From Pseudomonadales bacterium (GTDB taxonomy: Bacteria; Pseudomonadota; Gammaproteobacteria; Pseudomonadales; Azotimanducaceae): a stretch of 44,075 bases of DNA. This document shows positions 7,630-16,709 of the stretch, piece after piece. The notes beneath the pieces were generated by a model, which did no database searches, was not told the origin of the DNA, and saw nothing but the letters and a program-made list of their open reading frames with translations. The position numbers and the translations under genes were made by a program. Position 1 is the stretch's first letter, and the number at the start of each line of letters is the position of its first letter. The stretch covers positions 1 to 44,075 of the forward strand of contig DASRZO010000241.1 of NCBI GenBank assembly GCA_035686405.1. The letters are read 5' to 3'.

Positions 7630-10044
7630 ATGACACCCGATCCGCGATTCTCGAAGCCGAGCGGCGAGTTCGTCGATCCGGTGTGCGGCATGACGGTGCG
7701 GCCGGACGGTCCGCATCGGTTCGAGCACGCGGGTCACGAGTACCGTTTCTGCAGCGCCGGCTGCAAAGCCAAATTCGGCAACGATCCGGATTTCTATTTG
7801 TCGCGCGCGGCGCGTACGGCGGACAGTGCGCATTCGCACCACGCTGCGCATCCTCACGCCACCGATTCGCACGACGCGCATTCGCACCGCGTGCACGTCG
7901 CTGCGCCGGCGCGCAAGCACGTGTCGGCGCGTTACTACTGCCCGATGGACGAAGACGTCGAAAGCGACGTACCGGGCGACTGTCCGAAATGCGGGATGGC
8001 GCTCGAACCGTATCCGACGACGGCCGAAGCAGCGCCGAACCCGGAACTGGCCGACATGACGCGGCGCTTCGCGTGGGCCACGGCGTTGTCGCTACCGGTG
8101 CTCGTGCTCGCGATGGGCGACATGATCGGCGGCCGCGCCATCTCGGAGTTGTTGGGCGAATCGAAGACCTGGCTCGAGGCCGTGCTCGCGACGCCTGTCT
8201 GCATCTGGGCGGCGTGGCCGTTCCACGTGCGTGCCGTGCGGTCGATCGGCAACCGATCGCCGAACATGTTCACGCTGATCGGCCTCGGCGTTACGGTCGC
8301 GTACGGCTACAGTTTGGTCGCGACATGGGTGCCCGAGGCATTTCCCGCGGCATTTCGCGATCACACGGGGCGTGTCGGCGTCTATTTCGAAGCCGCGAGC
8401 GTGATCGTCGCGTTGATCCTGCTCGGCCAGGTACTCGAACTGCGCGCGCGGTCGCGCACGAACGCGGCTATTCGCGAGTTGTTGGCGCTGGCGCCTGCCG
8501 AAGCGACGCGGGTGCGGTCGAGCGGCGAATACGAACGCGTTGCGCTCGACTCGATCGGCGTCGGCGACCGGCTGATCGTGCGCCCCGGCGAGAGGATCCC
8601 GACCGACGCTCGGGTGGTCGACGGCAGCAGCGCCGTCGACGAATCGATGTTGACCGGCGAGCCGATGCCCGTCGCGAAATCGGTCGGCGACCGCGTCGCC
8701 GGTTCGACGCTGAACGGCGCCGGCATGCTCGTGATCGTCGCGGAACGCGTCGGCGCCGCCACGTTGCTCGCGCGGATCGTCGCGATGGTCGCGGAGGCAC
8801 AGCGTAGTCGCGCTCCGGTGCAGCGGTTGGCGGATCGAGTCGCCGCCGTGTTCGTGCCGACGGTGATCGCGATCGCGGTCGCGACGTTTGCGGTATGGGC
8901 GTTCGCCGGGCCGCAGCCGCGGCTCGCACACGCGCTGCTCGCGGCGGTCGCGGTGCTGATCATCGCGTGCCCTTGCGCGCTGGGTCTCGCAACGCCGATG
9001 TCGATCATGGTCGCGACGGGCCGCGGCGCGCGGCTCGGCGTGTTGTTCCGCGATGCGCAAGCGATCGAACGGCTGCGCGACGTCGACGTGATCATGGTCG
9101 ACAAGACCGGCACGCTCACGGAAGGCCGCCCGCGGTTGATCGCAATCGTCGCAGTCGAACCGTTCGACGAAGCCTCGGTATTGCGCGCCATCGCGACGGT
9201 CGAGCGCGGCAGCGAACATCCGTTGGCGGGCACGATCGTGGAAGCGGCGCGTTCGCGCGCAATCGCGTTCGGCGAGGTGGCGGATTTTGCGGCGGTGGTC
9301 GGTCAGGGTGTGGTCGGCAAGGTCGACGGCCGCGCGGTCGCGTGCGGCAACGACGCGCTGATGCGCGCGAATGCCGCCGATACCGCGCCGACCCGCGCGG
9401 CCGTGCAGCAGCATCGCGCCGACGGCGCGACGGTGATGTTCTGCGCGATCGACGGCCGTTATGCCGGTTTCGTCGCGGTCGGCGATCCGATCAAAGCGAC
9501 GTCGCGCGCCGCGCTCGCGGCGCTGCGTGCGCGCGGCATCCGGGTGGTGATGGCGAGCGGCGACGCGCTCGCGACGGCGAGTGCCGTGGCGCGACAACTC
9601 GGCATCGACGAGGTACTCGCGGACGCATCGCCGCACGACAAGCTCGAACGCGTGCGTGCGCTGAAAGCGGAAGGCCGCGTAGTCGCGATGGCCGGCGACG
9701 GCATCAACGATGCGCCGGCGCTCGCGGCGGCAGATGTCGGAATCGCGATGGGCACCGGCACCGACGTCGCGATGGCGACGGCCGGCGTCACGCTGGTGAG
9801 AGGGGACCTGAACGCGATTGCGCGCGCGGTCGCGTTGTCGCGCGCCACGATGGCGAACATCCGCCAGAACTTGTTCTTTGCGTTCGTCTACAACGCGTTG
9901 GGCGTACCGATCGCGGCGGGCGTGTTGTATCCGTTCTTCGGCGTGCTGCTGTCGCCGATGTTCGCCGCTGCGGCGATGAGCGCGTCGTCCGTTTCGGTGA
10001 TCGCCAACGCCCTGCGGTTGCGGACGCAGACCCTGCTGCGCTGA
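7630..10044 (+). CDS. copA: Copper(I)-translocating P1B-type ATPase
   Basis: TM6 CPC ([13 protein letters not shown]), phosphorylation site DKTGTLT, hinge [10 protein letters not shown]7 YN (FVYNALGVP) and TM8 MSASS. The N-terminus has a TRASH/YHS-like Cys motif, a His-rich stretch and a CPxC...CPKCGM motif. Confidence 0.9.
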   Translation: MTPDPRFSKPSGEFVDPVCGMTVRPDGPHRFEHAGHEYRFCSAGCKAKFGNDPDFYLSRAARTADSAHSHHAAHPHATDSHDAHSHRVHVAAPARKHVSARYYCPMDEDVESDVPGDCPKCGMALEPYPTTAEAAPNPELADMTRRFAWATALSLPVLVLAMGDMIGGRAISELLGESKTWLEAVLATPVCIWAAWPFHVRAVRSIGNRSPNMFTLIGLGVTVAYGYSLVATWVPEAFPAAFRDHTGRVGVYFEAASVIVALILLGQVLELRARSRTNAAIRELLALAPAEATRVRSSGEYERVALDSIGVGDRLIVRPGERIPTDARVVDGSSAVDESMLTGEPMPVAKSVGDRVAGSTLNGAGMLVIVAERVGAATLLARIVAMVAEAQRSRAPVQRLADRVAAVFVPTVIAIAVATFAVWAFAGPQPRLAHALLAAVAVLIIACPCALGLATPMSIMVATGRGARLGVLFRDAQAIERLRDVDVIMVDKTGTLTEGRPRLIAIVAVEPFDEASVLRAIATVERGSEHPLAGTIVEAARSRAIAFGEVADFAAVVGQGVVGKVDGRAVACGNDALMRANAADTAPTRAAVQQHRADGATVMFCAIDGRYAGFVAVGDPIKATSRAALAALRARGIRVVMASGDALATASAVARQLGIDEVLADASPHDKLERVRALKAEGRVVAMAGDGINDAPALAAADVGIAMGTGTDVAMATAGVTLVRGDLNAIARAVALSRATMANIRQNLFFAFVYNALGVPIAAGVLYPFFGVLLSPMFAAAAMSASSVSVIANALRLRTQTLLR

Positions 10045-10066
10045 CGCGCCCCGGTGAGCGCGTCAG
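10041..10066. terminator. Stem-loop between convergent copA and htpX (candidate bidirectional terminator)
   Basis: CTGACGCGC (10041-10049) and GCGCGTCAG (10058-10066) form a perfect 9-bp stem with an 8-nt loop. There is no T-tract. The copA stop codon lies within the stem. Confidence 0.4.
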
Positions 10067-10091
10067 CGCACGGCGGACTCGCGGTGAGCTC

Positions 10092-10973
10092 TCAGGCCTG
10101 TTGCAGCGCGGCGATGCGATCGTCGAGCGGCGGGTGCGACGCGAAGAGCGCCGCCAAACCTTGCCGCATACCGCTCGAGATGCCGAACGCGACGAGCGTG
10201 TCGGGCATCGTTTCCGGCATTTGCGTGGCGGCTTTCAAACGCTGCAGCGCGCCGATCATGTTGTTCTTGCCGGCGAGTTGTGCTCCGGCGGCGTCGGCGC
10301 GGAATTCGCGATGACGCGAGAACCACATGACGATCATCGTCGCGCCGATACCGAGCACGACCTGCGCGATCATCGTGACGATGAAAGAGCCGATGCCGTT
10401 ACCGTTCTCGCTGCGGAACACCGCGCGATCGACGAGCGTACCGATGATGCGCGCGAAAAAGATGACGAACGTGTTCACGACGCCCTGAATCAGCGTCAGC
10501 GTCACCATGTCGCCGTTCGCGACGTGACCGATCTCGTGGCCGAGTACGGCGCGCACCTCTTCCGACTTCATGTTCGCGAGCAGGCCGGTGCTAACCGCGA
10601 CCAGCGCGTTGTTCTTGCTCGCGCCGGTCGCGAACGCGTTGGGTTGCGGCGAGTCGAAGATCGCGACTTCCGGCATGCCGATCTGCGCGTCGTCGGCGAG
10701 TTGCTTGACGGTATCGAGCAGCCAACGCTCGGTTTGCGTCGTGGGTTGTTCGATGACGTGGGCGCCCACGGAGCGCTTCGCCGCCCACTTCGACATCAGT
10801 AGCGAGATGAACGCACCGCCCATGCCGAACATGCCTGCCCAGATCAGCATGCCGGTCAGGTTCATGCCGATGCCTTGCTGATAGAGCAGATGATCGAGGC
10901 CGAGCAGGCGGAACGTGACGCTGGCGACCAGCAACACGGCGATGTTGGTACCGAGGAACAGCAGAATACGCAT
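10092..10973 (-). CDS. htpX: Membrane zinc metalloprotease HtpX
   Basis: MRILLFLGTNIAVLLV... matches the E. coli HtpX N-terminus by eye. HEIGHVANGD zinc motif and four TM segments. ATG 10973 is preferred over the ORF-track GTG 10985, which overlaps the AAGGAG RBS. Confidence 0.9.
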   Translation of the reverse strand: MRILLFLGTNIAVLLVASVTFRLLGLDHLLYQQGIGMNLTGMLIWAGMFGMGGAFISLLMSKWAAKRSVGAHVIEQPTTQTERWLLDTVKQLADDAQIGMPEVAIFDSPQPNAFATGASKNNALVAVSTGLLANMKSEEVRAVLGHEIGHVANGDMVTLTLIQGVVNTFVIFFARIIGTLVDRAVFRSENGNGIGSFIVTMIAQVVLGIGATMIVMWFSRHREFRADAAGAQLAGKNNMIGALQRLKAATQMPETMPDTLVAFGISSGMRQGLAALFASHPPLDDRIAALQQA

Positions 10974-11043
10974 CGATCGACTCACTCCTTGTGACCATTC
11001 GGCGCGCCTCGGGCACCTTTACCGACCGGCGCGCGACACCATT

Positions 11044-11072
11044 GTATGGGGTCCCGCTGCGGCCGAATCAAG
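11044..11072 (-). promoter_or_regulatory. Sigma-32 (RpoH)-type heat-shock promoter upstream of htpX
   Basis: The minus strand reads CTTGATT-N14-CCCCATAC, against the consensus CTTGAAA-N13-15-CCCCATNT. It lies about 70 nt upstream of the htpX ATG. htpX is a known sigma-32 regulon member in E. coli. Confidence 0.5.
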
Positions 11073-11114
11073 CGCCGGGTCCGCTATGATCGGCCGTATA
11101 TAGATGGAGTTGCG

Positions 11115-11762
11115 ATGGACGTTCTGTACCTCGTGCGTCACGGCGAGACCGAGTGGAATCGGCAGCAGCGCATGCAGGGTCGGCTCGATTCCCGCCTGAC
11201 GGCCGAAGGCCGAGCGCACGCGCGCGCCCACGCGGCGCTGCTCGCGCGCGAGGCGGTCGAGCACCTGTTCGTGTCGCCGCTGGGACGTACGCGCGAGACG
11301 GCCGACCTCATTCTCGAGCACTGCGGGGTGCCGGTGACGTACGACGCCCGGCTCGTCGAACGTTCGAACGGCGCATGGGAAGGACTCACCATCGACGAGA
11401 TCGCGCAGCGTTTTCCCGACGAATGGGCCGCTCGAAACCGCGATCCGTTCCACCACCGGCCGCCGGCCGGCGAGAACCTGCCCGACGTGGTCGCGCGCAT
11501 CGCGCCGTTCGCGGAGCAGTTGCGGCGTGCGCCGGGCCGCAAACTCGCGGTGGTGTCGCACGGGATCGCCGCGCGCGCGTTCTTGACGCACTTCCTCGGC
11601 CTCCCGCCGACGCAAGTCGATCGAGTGCGGCAGCCGAACGACGTCGTGTATCGCTTGGACTTCTCGGGCGGCGAGGGCGCGGCCGTGCGCTGCGATCACT
11701 ATCGCGGCGGCGCCGGTCCGCACCCCGGCCTGTTCCTGCGTGCGCCGGATCAAGCCGGCTAG
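11115..11762 (+). CDS. Histidine phosphatase (phosphoglycerate mutase-like) family protein
   Basis: The N-terminus MDVLYLVRHGETEWN contains the RHG catalytic motif, and a second His motif follows (VVSHGIAARAF). ATG 11115 is in frame within ORF 11046..11762. Confidence 0.8.
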   Translation: MDVLYLVRHGETEWNRQQRMQGRLDSRLTAEGRAHARAHAALLAREAVEHLFVSPLGRTRETADLILEHCGVPVTYDARLVERSNGAWEGLTIDEIAQRFPDEWAARNRDPFHHRPPAGENLPDVVARIAPFAEQLRRAPGRKLAVVSHGIAARAFLTHFLGLPPTQVDRVRQPNDVVYRLDFSGGEGAAVRCDHYRGGAGPHPGLFLRAPDQAG

Positions 11763-11793
11763 TTGCCAAGGTCACGCACGGCCGCCGTACAAT
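11763..11793 (+). promoter_or_regulatory. Candidate sigma-70 promoter for the LLM operon
   Basis: TTGCCA (11763-11768), N19, TACAAT (11788-11793), with GGAG upstream of ATG 11825. The spacer is 2 nt longer than optimal. Confidence 0.3.
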
Positions 11794-11824
11794 CCGTCCT
11801 CGCATTCGAAAACGGAGTAGCAAG

Positions 11825-12829
11825 ATGAAGGTCGACGGGGGACTGGGCTGGGAACTCGACAAGGTCGGCGCGGAAGCGAAGGCGCAGGAAGAATTGGGAT
11901 ACAGCGGTCTGATGACCGCCGAGACGTCGCACGATCCGTTCTTTCCGTTGGTGGTCGCGGCGCTGAACACGCAGAAGGTCGATTTGATGACCTCGATCGC
12001 GGTCGCGTTCGCGCGTACCCCGATGGTGCTCGCGAACATCGGACACGATCTGAACGCCGTTTCTAAGGGGCGCTTCGTGCTCGGACTCGGCTCGCAGATC
12101 CGCCCGCACATCACGAAGCGTTTCAGTATGCCGTGGTCGGCGCCGGCCGCGCGGATGCGCGAGTTCATTCTCGCGATGCGCGCGATCTGGGCGTCGTGGC
12201 ACGGCGGCAAGCCGCTCGAATTCGCGGGTCGCTTCTACACGCATACGTTGATGACGCCGTTCTTCACGCCGACGAACAACGAATACGGCGCGCCGCGCGT
12301 GTTCCTCGCGGCCGTTGGACCGCGGATGACGGAAGTCGCCGGCGAAGTGGCCGACGGCGTGATCATCCACGCCTTCACCACCGAGAAATATCTGCGCGAA
12401 ACGACGCTGCCGGCGCTCGAACGCGGGTTCGAGAAGGCCGGGAAGTCGCGCAAGGACTTCGAGATCAGCTATCCGGTCTTCGTCGTGACCGGCAAAGACG
12501 ACAAGGCGATCGAGCAAGCCAAGGTCGCCACGCGTCGCCAGATCGCGTTCTACGGCTCGACGCCCGCGTACAAGCCGGTGCTCGACTCGATCGGCGCGGG
12601 CCATCTGCAAAGCGACTTGAACGCGATGTCGAAGCAAGGTCGTTGGGAAGAGATGGGCACGTTGATCACCGACGACATCCTGAAGGAATTCGCGGTCATC
12701 GGTGCGCCGTCGACGATCCCCGGCCAAATCAAGTCGCGCTACGGCGATTTGATCGACCGCACGTCGGCCGCGTACGCGAACATTCCGCGCGAAGATCGTC
12801 AGAAGATCATCGCCGATCTGACGAAGTAG
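11825..12829 (+). CDS. LLM-class F420-dependent-type oxidoreductase (MSMEG_2256/TIGR03617-like), paralog 1
   Basis: MKVDGGLG...TAETSHDPFFPL...GRFVLGLGSQIRPHITKRFSMPW...FYTHTLMTPFFTP...AFYGSTPAYKPVL is the pattern I recognise for this LLM subfamily. ATG 11825 is in frame within ORF 11153..12829. Confidence 0.8.
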   Translation: MKVDGGLGWELDKVGAEAKAQEELGYSGLMTAETSHDPFFPLVVAALNTQKVDLMTSIAVAFARTPMVLANIGHDLNAVSKGRFVLGLGSQIRPHITKRFSMPWSAPAARMREFILAMRAIWASWHGGKPLEFAGRFYTHTLMTPFFTPTNNEYGAPRVFLAAVGPRMTEVAGEVADGVIIHAFTTEKYLRETTLPALERGFEKAGKSRKDFEISYPVFVVTGKDDKAIEQAKVATRRQIAFYGSTPAYKPVLDSIGAGHLQSDLNAMSKQGRWEEMGTLITDDILKEFAVIGAPSTIPGQIKSRYGDLIDRTSAAYANIPREDRQKIIADLTK

Positions 12830-12841
12830 CGCGGAGGCATC

Positions 12842-13849
12842 ATGAAAGTAGACGCCGGACTCGGCACCCAGCTCGAGCGCGTGCCCGCCGCCGCAAAGGA
12901 ATTCGAAGCGCAAGGATTCGACGGCGTGCACACCGCCGAGACGAGCCACGATCCGTTCTTTCCGCTGCTGCTCGCGGCCGAACACACGCAGAAGCTCGAG
13001 CTGACGACGTCGATCGCGGTCGGTTTCGCGCGCAGCCCGATGCTGCTCGCGAACATCGGCCACGATCTGAACGCCTACGCGAAGGGGCGTTTGACGATCG
13101 GACTCGGCTCGCAGATCAAGCCGCACATCACGAAGCGCTTCAGCATGCCGTGGGGACCGCCGGCGGCGAAGATGCGCGAGCTGATTCTCGCGATGCGGGC
13201 GATCTGGGCGAACTGGTACGACGGCAAGAAGCTCGAGTTCGTCGGCAAGTTCTACACGCACACGCTGATGACGCCGGCGTTCACGCCGGAGAACAAACAA
13301 TACGGCGCGCCGAAGGTGATCCTGGCCGCGGTCGGTCCGCACATGACCGAAGTCGCCGGTGAAGTCGCCGACGGCATGATCATCCATCCGTTCTCGACGG
13401 TGCCGTTCATTCGAGCGACGACGCTGCCGTCGATCGAGAAGGGCCTCGCGAAGGCCGGTCGATCGCGCAAGAACTTCGAGATCTCGTATTCGAACTTCGT
13501 CGTGTCGGGCCGCAACGAGGAAGAGTTCGAGAAGTCGAAGCGCGCCACGAAGGAACGCATCGCGTTCTACGGCTCCACGCCGGCGTATCGGGGCGTGCTC
13601 GATTCGATCGGCGTCGGCGAGCTGCAGACCGAGCTCAACACGATGTCGAAGCAAGGTCGCTGGAAGGAAATGGGCAATCTGATCACCGACGATATCCTGA
13701 ACGCGTTCGCGGTCGTCGGCGAGCCGAAGGCGATCGTGCCGGAAATGCAGCGCCGCTACGCGGCGTTCGTCGATCGCACGTCGGCGTCGTTCGATTTCGT
13801 CGACCGCGACGAGCGCGTGCGCATGATCGCGCAACTGCGAGGAGGGTGA
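12842..13849 (+). CDS. LLM-class F420-dependent-type oxidoreductase (MSMEG_2256/TIGR03617-like), paralog 2
   Basis: 335 aa, colinear with the upstream gene and roughly two-thirds identical by eye alignment. The gap to paralog 1 is 12 nt. Confidence 0.8.
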   Translation: MKVDAGLGTQLERVPAAAKEFEAQGFDGVHTAETSHDPFFPLLLAAEHTQKLELTTSIAVGFARSPMLLANIGHDLNAYAKGRLTIGLGSQIKPHITKRFSMPWGPPAAKMRELILAMRAIWANWYDGKKLEFVGKFYTHTLMTPAFTPENKQYGAPKVILAAVGPHMTEVAGEVADGMIIHPFSTVPFIRATTLPSIEKGLAKAGRSRKNFEISYSNFVVSGRNEEEFEKSKRATKERIAFYGSTPAYRGVLDSIGVGELQTELNTMSKQGRWKEMGNLITDDILNAFAVVGEPKAIVPEMQRRYAAFVDRTSASFDFVDRDERVRMIAQLRGG

Positions 13850-13852
13850 GCG

Positions 13853-14338
13853 ATGGCGCTTCCGCGCGAACTCGCGCTCGATGCCGCGCAGATCGACGAG
13901 ATCATGACGCAGCAATGGAACATGCGGATCGCGACGCTCGGTCCGCGTGAGTTCATCAACCTCACGCCGATGTGGTTCGGTTGGGCCGGCGGCCGTGTGT
14001 ACTTCTACGGCCGCGGGCAGAAAGTCGTGAACCTGCGCCGCGCGCCGATGTGCTCGGTGCTGGTCGACCGCAACGAGAAATTCCCCGAGCTGCAAGCGGT
14101 GATGATCCAAGGCAAGGCGCGCGTGCTCGAGGACGCGGCGGCCGAAGCGGCCGATCCGCATCTTGCCGAAGCGCGCGTGCAGATGGGCCGCAAATACAAC
14201 GGCGGACACGGCGCGCCGGCAGTGGCAGACCCGCCGCCGAACGGCGCGTCGGCCGGCGGCCGCAATCGCCGTTGGGTCGTCGTCGTACCGGATCGCATCG
14301 TGACGTGGGACAACTTCAAGTTGGGGCGTCGCCGCTGA
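13853..14338 (+). CDS. Pyridoxamine 5'-phosphate oxidase-like (FMN/F420-binding split-barrel) family protein
   Basis: 161 aa. The pattern ...MRIATLGPREFINLTPMWFGWAGGRVYFYGRGQKVVNLRR.P.CSVLVD... is typical of PNPOx-like split barrels. It starts 3 nt after the LLM stop, and its stop overlaps the next ATG (TGATG). Confidence 0.65.
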   Translation: MALPRELALDAAQIDEIMTQQWNMRIATLGPREFINLTPMWFGWAGGRVYFYGRGQKVVNLRRAPMCSVLVDRNEKFPELQAVMIQGKARVLEDAAAEAADPHLAEARVQMGRKYNGGHGAPAVADPPPNGASAGGRNRRWVVVVPDRIVTWDNFKLGRRR

Positions 14339-16677
14339 TGGCGTTGCGCGAGCTCGTCGCAACGAACGTTGGTCTTCCGGAATATCAGTTCGAGATCGAG
14401 AACGACGTCAGCACGTTCGATTTGTCGAGCCATGCGCGCGCGCGGCAGGCGCTCGAGTTCGGGCTCAACACGCCCGGCAACGATTACAACGTGTACGTGC
14501 TCGGCCTCGACCGCAGCGGCCGCATGACGGCGACGCGCGAGTTCGTCGAGACGTGGGCGAAGAAGAAGCCGGCGGCAAGCGATTGGATCTACGTCGTCGA
14601 TTTCGACGCGCCGTCGAACCCGCGGCCGATCCGCCTGCCGGCCGGAGTCGGCCGGCGCTTCAAGGCCGATGTCGACGAGATGATCCCCGCGCTGGCGCGG
14701 GAACTGGCGGCCGCGTTCGGCAGCGAGTCGTATCAACGACAGATGACGAGCTTGCGCGCGCAGAACGATGCGCAGATCCAAAGTCAGCTGACCGCACTGG
14801 AAGCCGAGGCAAACGCGGCTCGGCTGTCGATCGTCAACACCCCGCAAGGCGCGATCGTCGCGGCGATCGGCGACGACGGCAATCCGATCCCGATCACGAT
14901 GTTGCCGCCCGATCAGCGGTCTCGGTTGGAAGAGCGCGGCCGCCATCTGATGGAGCAGATGGCGGAGATCAATCGCGACGCGGCGAGATTCCAACGGCAA
15001 TTCTTCGAGACGTTGCGCGCCTTCAACCGCGACGTCGCGGCGCGCGCCATCGACGGATTGTTGGGCGGAGTGAAGGAGCGCTTCCACGCGCACGGACCGC
15101 TGACCGAGTGGCTCGACGGCTTGCAGCGCGATCTGACCGAGCGTCACGAACTGTTGGTCGGTACCGAGGATGGCGTCGTGACGCCGAATACCGACCGCGC
15201 CGGGCGCTACTCGATCAACCTGTTGGTCGATCGCAGCCGCGAACAACACCCGCCGGTGCTGTGTTCACACAATCCGACGTACGAGAACTTGTTCGGCGTC
15301 ATCGAATACAGGCAACTGCCGGGCGGCGCGCTCGACACCGACGTGACGCTGATACGACCCGGCGCGCTGCATCGCGCGAACGGCGGCGTGTTGATCCTGC
15401 GCGCCGAAGCGATGGTGCGCGATCCCGTCCTGTGGGCGTTCCTGAAGGGCGCACTGCGCGACGGCGAAATTCGCATCGAGGAGTTTTATCGCGCCGCGGC
15501 GCCGCCGCTCGCGGGCGCGCCGAAACCGGTGCCGGTGCCGCTCGACATCAAGGTGCTGATCGTCGGCGCGCCGCAATGGTATTACACGTTCTTCGCGCAG
15601 GACCTCGATTTCCAGTCCTACTTCAAAGTGAAAGCGGAGATCGAGCCGACCGCCGATGCGACCCACGACAACCTGTGTCGTTACGCGGGGTTGATCGCCG
15701 GCAACGCACGGCGCAGCGGCGTCGACGTCACACCCGACGCCGTGCAGCGGCTGCTCGGCATGGCGGCGCGGTGGGGCGAACATCGCGAACGGCTGACGTC
15801 GCGCTTCGAACTGATCACCGACGTGATGATCGAGGCGTCGAAGCTGTATCCGGGCGTGACGCTGACGGCCGAACACATCCGCGCGGCGGTGCGGTTGCGG
15901 CGCGAGCGCAACGGTCAAGTCGAAGATCGCGTGCAGCGTTCGATCGGCGACGGTCAGATCCTGATTCAGACGCACGGCACAGTGGTCGGTCAGATCAACG
16001 GATTGACCGTGCAATCGCTCGGCGATCATGCGTTCGGTTCGCCGGCGCGCATCACCGCGCGTTCCTCGGTCGGGCGCCGCGGCGTCATCAACATCGAACG
16101 CTTGGTTGCGATGAGCGGACCGATCCAACAGAAAGGCAGCATGACGCTGCAGGGCATTCTGATGCGCCGCTTCGCGCATCGCTTCCCGCTGTCGTTCGAC
16201 TGCAGCGTGACGTTCGAACAGATGTACAGCGGCATCGAAGGCGACAGCGCGTCGATGGCCGAGTACATCGCGATCGTGTCGGAACTCGCCGACGTTCCGA
16301 TTCGGCAGGACCTCGCGATCACCGGCTCGATCAACCAACTCGGCGAAGCGCAGGTGATCGGCGGCGTGCACCACAAGATCGAAGGGTTCTTCGCGGCGTG
16401 CCAGTCGCTCGGCGAATTGTCGGGCACACAGGGGGTCGTGTTGCCGCGGCAGAACGAGGTGAACCTGGTGCTGCGCGACGAGGTTCGCGACGCGGTCGCG
16501 GCAAAGCGCTTTCACCTCTACAGCTGCGTCAGAGTCGAAGAAGCGATCGAGCTATTCACCGGCCTACCGGCCGGCGAAGTGGATGCGGCAGGGCAGTACC
16601 CGAACGGTTCCGTCTACGCCCGCGTGATGGCGACGCTCGAGCGCTTCGACTCCATGCTGACTGCGCGCCACATCTGA
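14338..16677 (+). CDS. Lon-like protease, YcbZ/LonH (COG1067) type
   Basis: 779 aa. By eye it aligns with E. coli YcbZ across RPGALHRANGGVLIL, KVLIVG, GQINGL and the Lon_C domain FEQMYSGIEGDSASMAEY...ITGSINQLGEAQVIGGVHHKIEGFF. ATG 14338 is in frame within ORF 13972..16677. Confidence 0.8.
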   Translation: MALRELVATNVGLPEYQFEIENDVSTFDLSSHARARQALEFGLNTPGNDYNVYVLGLDRSGRMTATREFVETWAKKKPAASDWIYVVDFDAPSNPRPIRLPAGVGRRFKADVDEMIPALARELAAAFGSESYQRQMTSLRAQNDAQIQSQLTALEAEANAARLSIVNTPQGAIVAAIGDDGNPIPITMLPPDQRSRLEERGRHLMEQMAEINRDAARFQRQFFETLRAFNRDVAARAIDGLLGGVKERFHAHGPLTEWLDGLQRDLTERHELLVGTEDGVVTPNTDRAGRYSINLLVDRSREQHPPVLCSHNPTYENLFGVIEYRQLPGGALDTDVTLIRPGALHRANGGVLILRAEAMVRDPVLWAFLKGALRDGEIRIEEFYRAAAPPLAGAPKPVPVPLDIKVLIVGAPQWYYTFFAQDLDFQSYFKVKAEIEPTADATHDNLCRYAGLIAGNARRSGVDVTPDAVQRLLGMAARWGEHRERLTSRFELITDVMIEASKLYPGVTLTAEHIRAAVRLRRERNGQVEDRVQRSIGDGQILIQTHGTVVGQINGLTVQSLGDHAFGSPARITARSSVGRRGVINIERLVAMSGPIQQKGSMTLQGILMRRFAHRFPLSFDCSVTFEQMYSGIEGDSASMAEYIAIVSELADVPIRQDLAITGSINQLGEAQVIGGVHHKIEGFFAACQSLGELSGTQGVVLPRQNEVNLVLRDEVRDAVAAKRFHLYSCVRVEEAIELFTGLPAGEVDAAGQYPNGSVYARVMATLERFDSMLTARHI

Positions 16678-16709
16678 GCCGTTGGTATAGACGGTAGGCT
16701 CAGAACCGG

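Noticed and set aside
11759-14362. An 867-aa ORF on the minus strand spanning the two LLM genes and the PNPOx-like gene
   Set aside because: It is antisense to three well-supported genes. The translation is Arg/His/Asp-rich low complexity with no recognisable domain. Long shadow ORFs of this kind are expected in high-GC DNA because the antisense frame of GC3-rich genes rarely contains stop codons.
14338-16677. The Lon-like protease as a BREX BrxL-type defence component
   Set aside because: No PglX methyltransferase, PglZ, BrxA/B/C or any other defence-type gene is nearby. The protein aligns by eye along its full length with the housekeeping YcbZ/LonH type and sits in an oxidoreductase operon.
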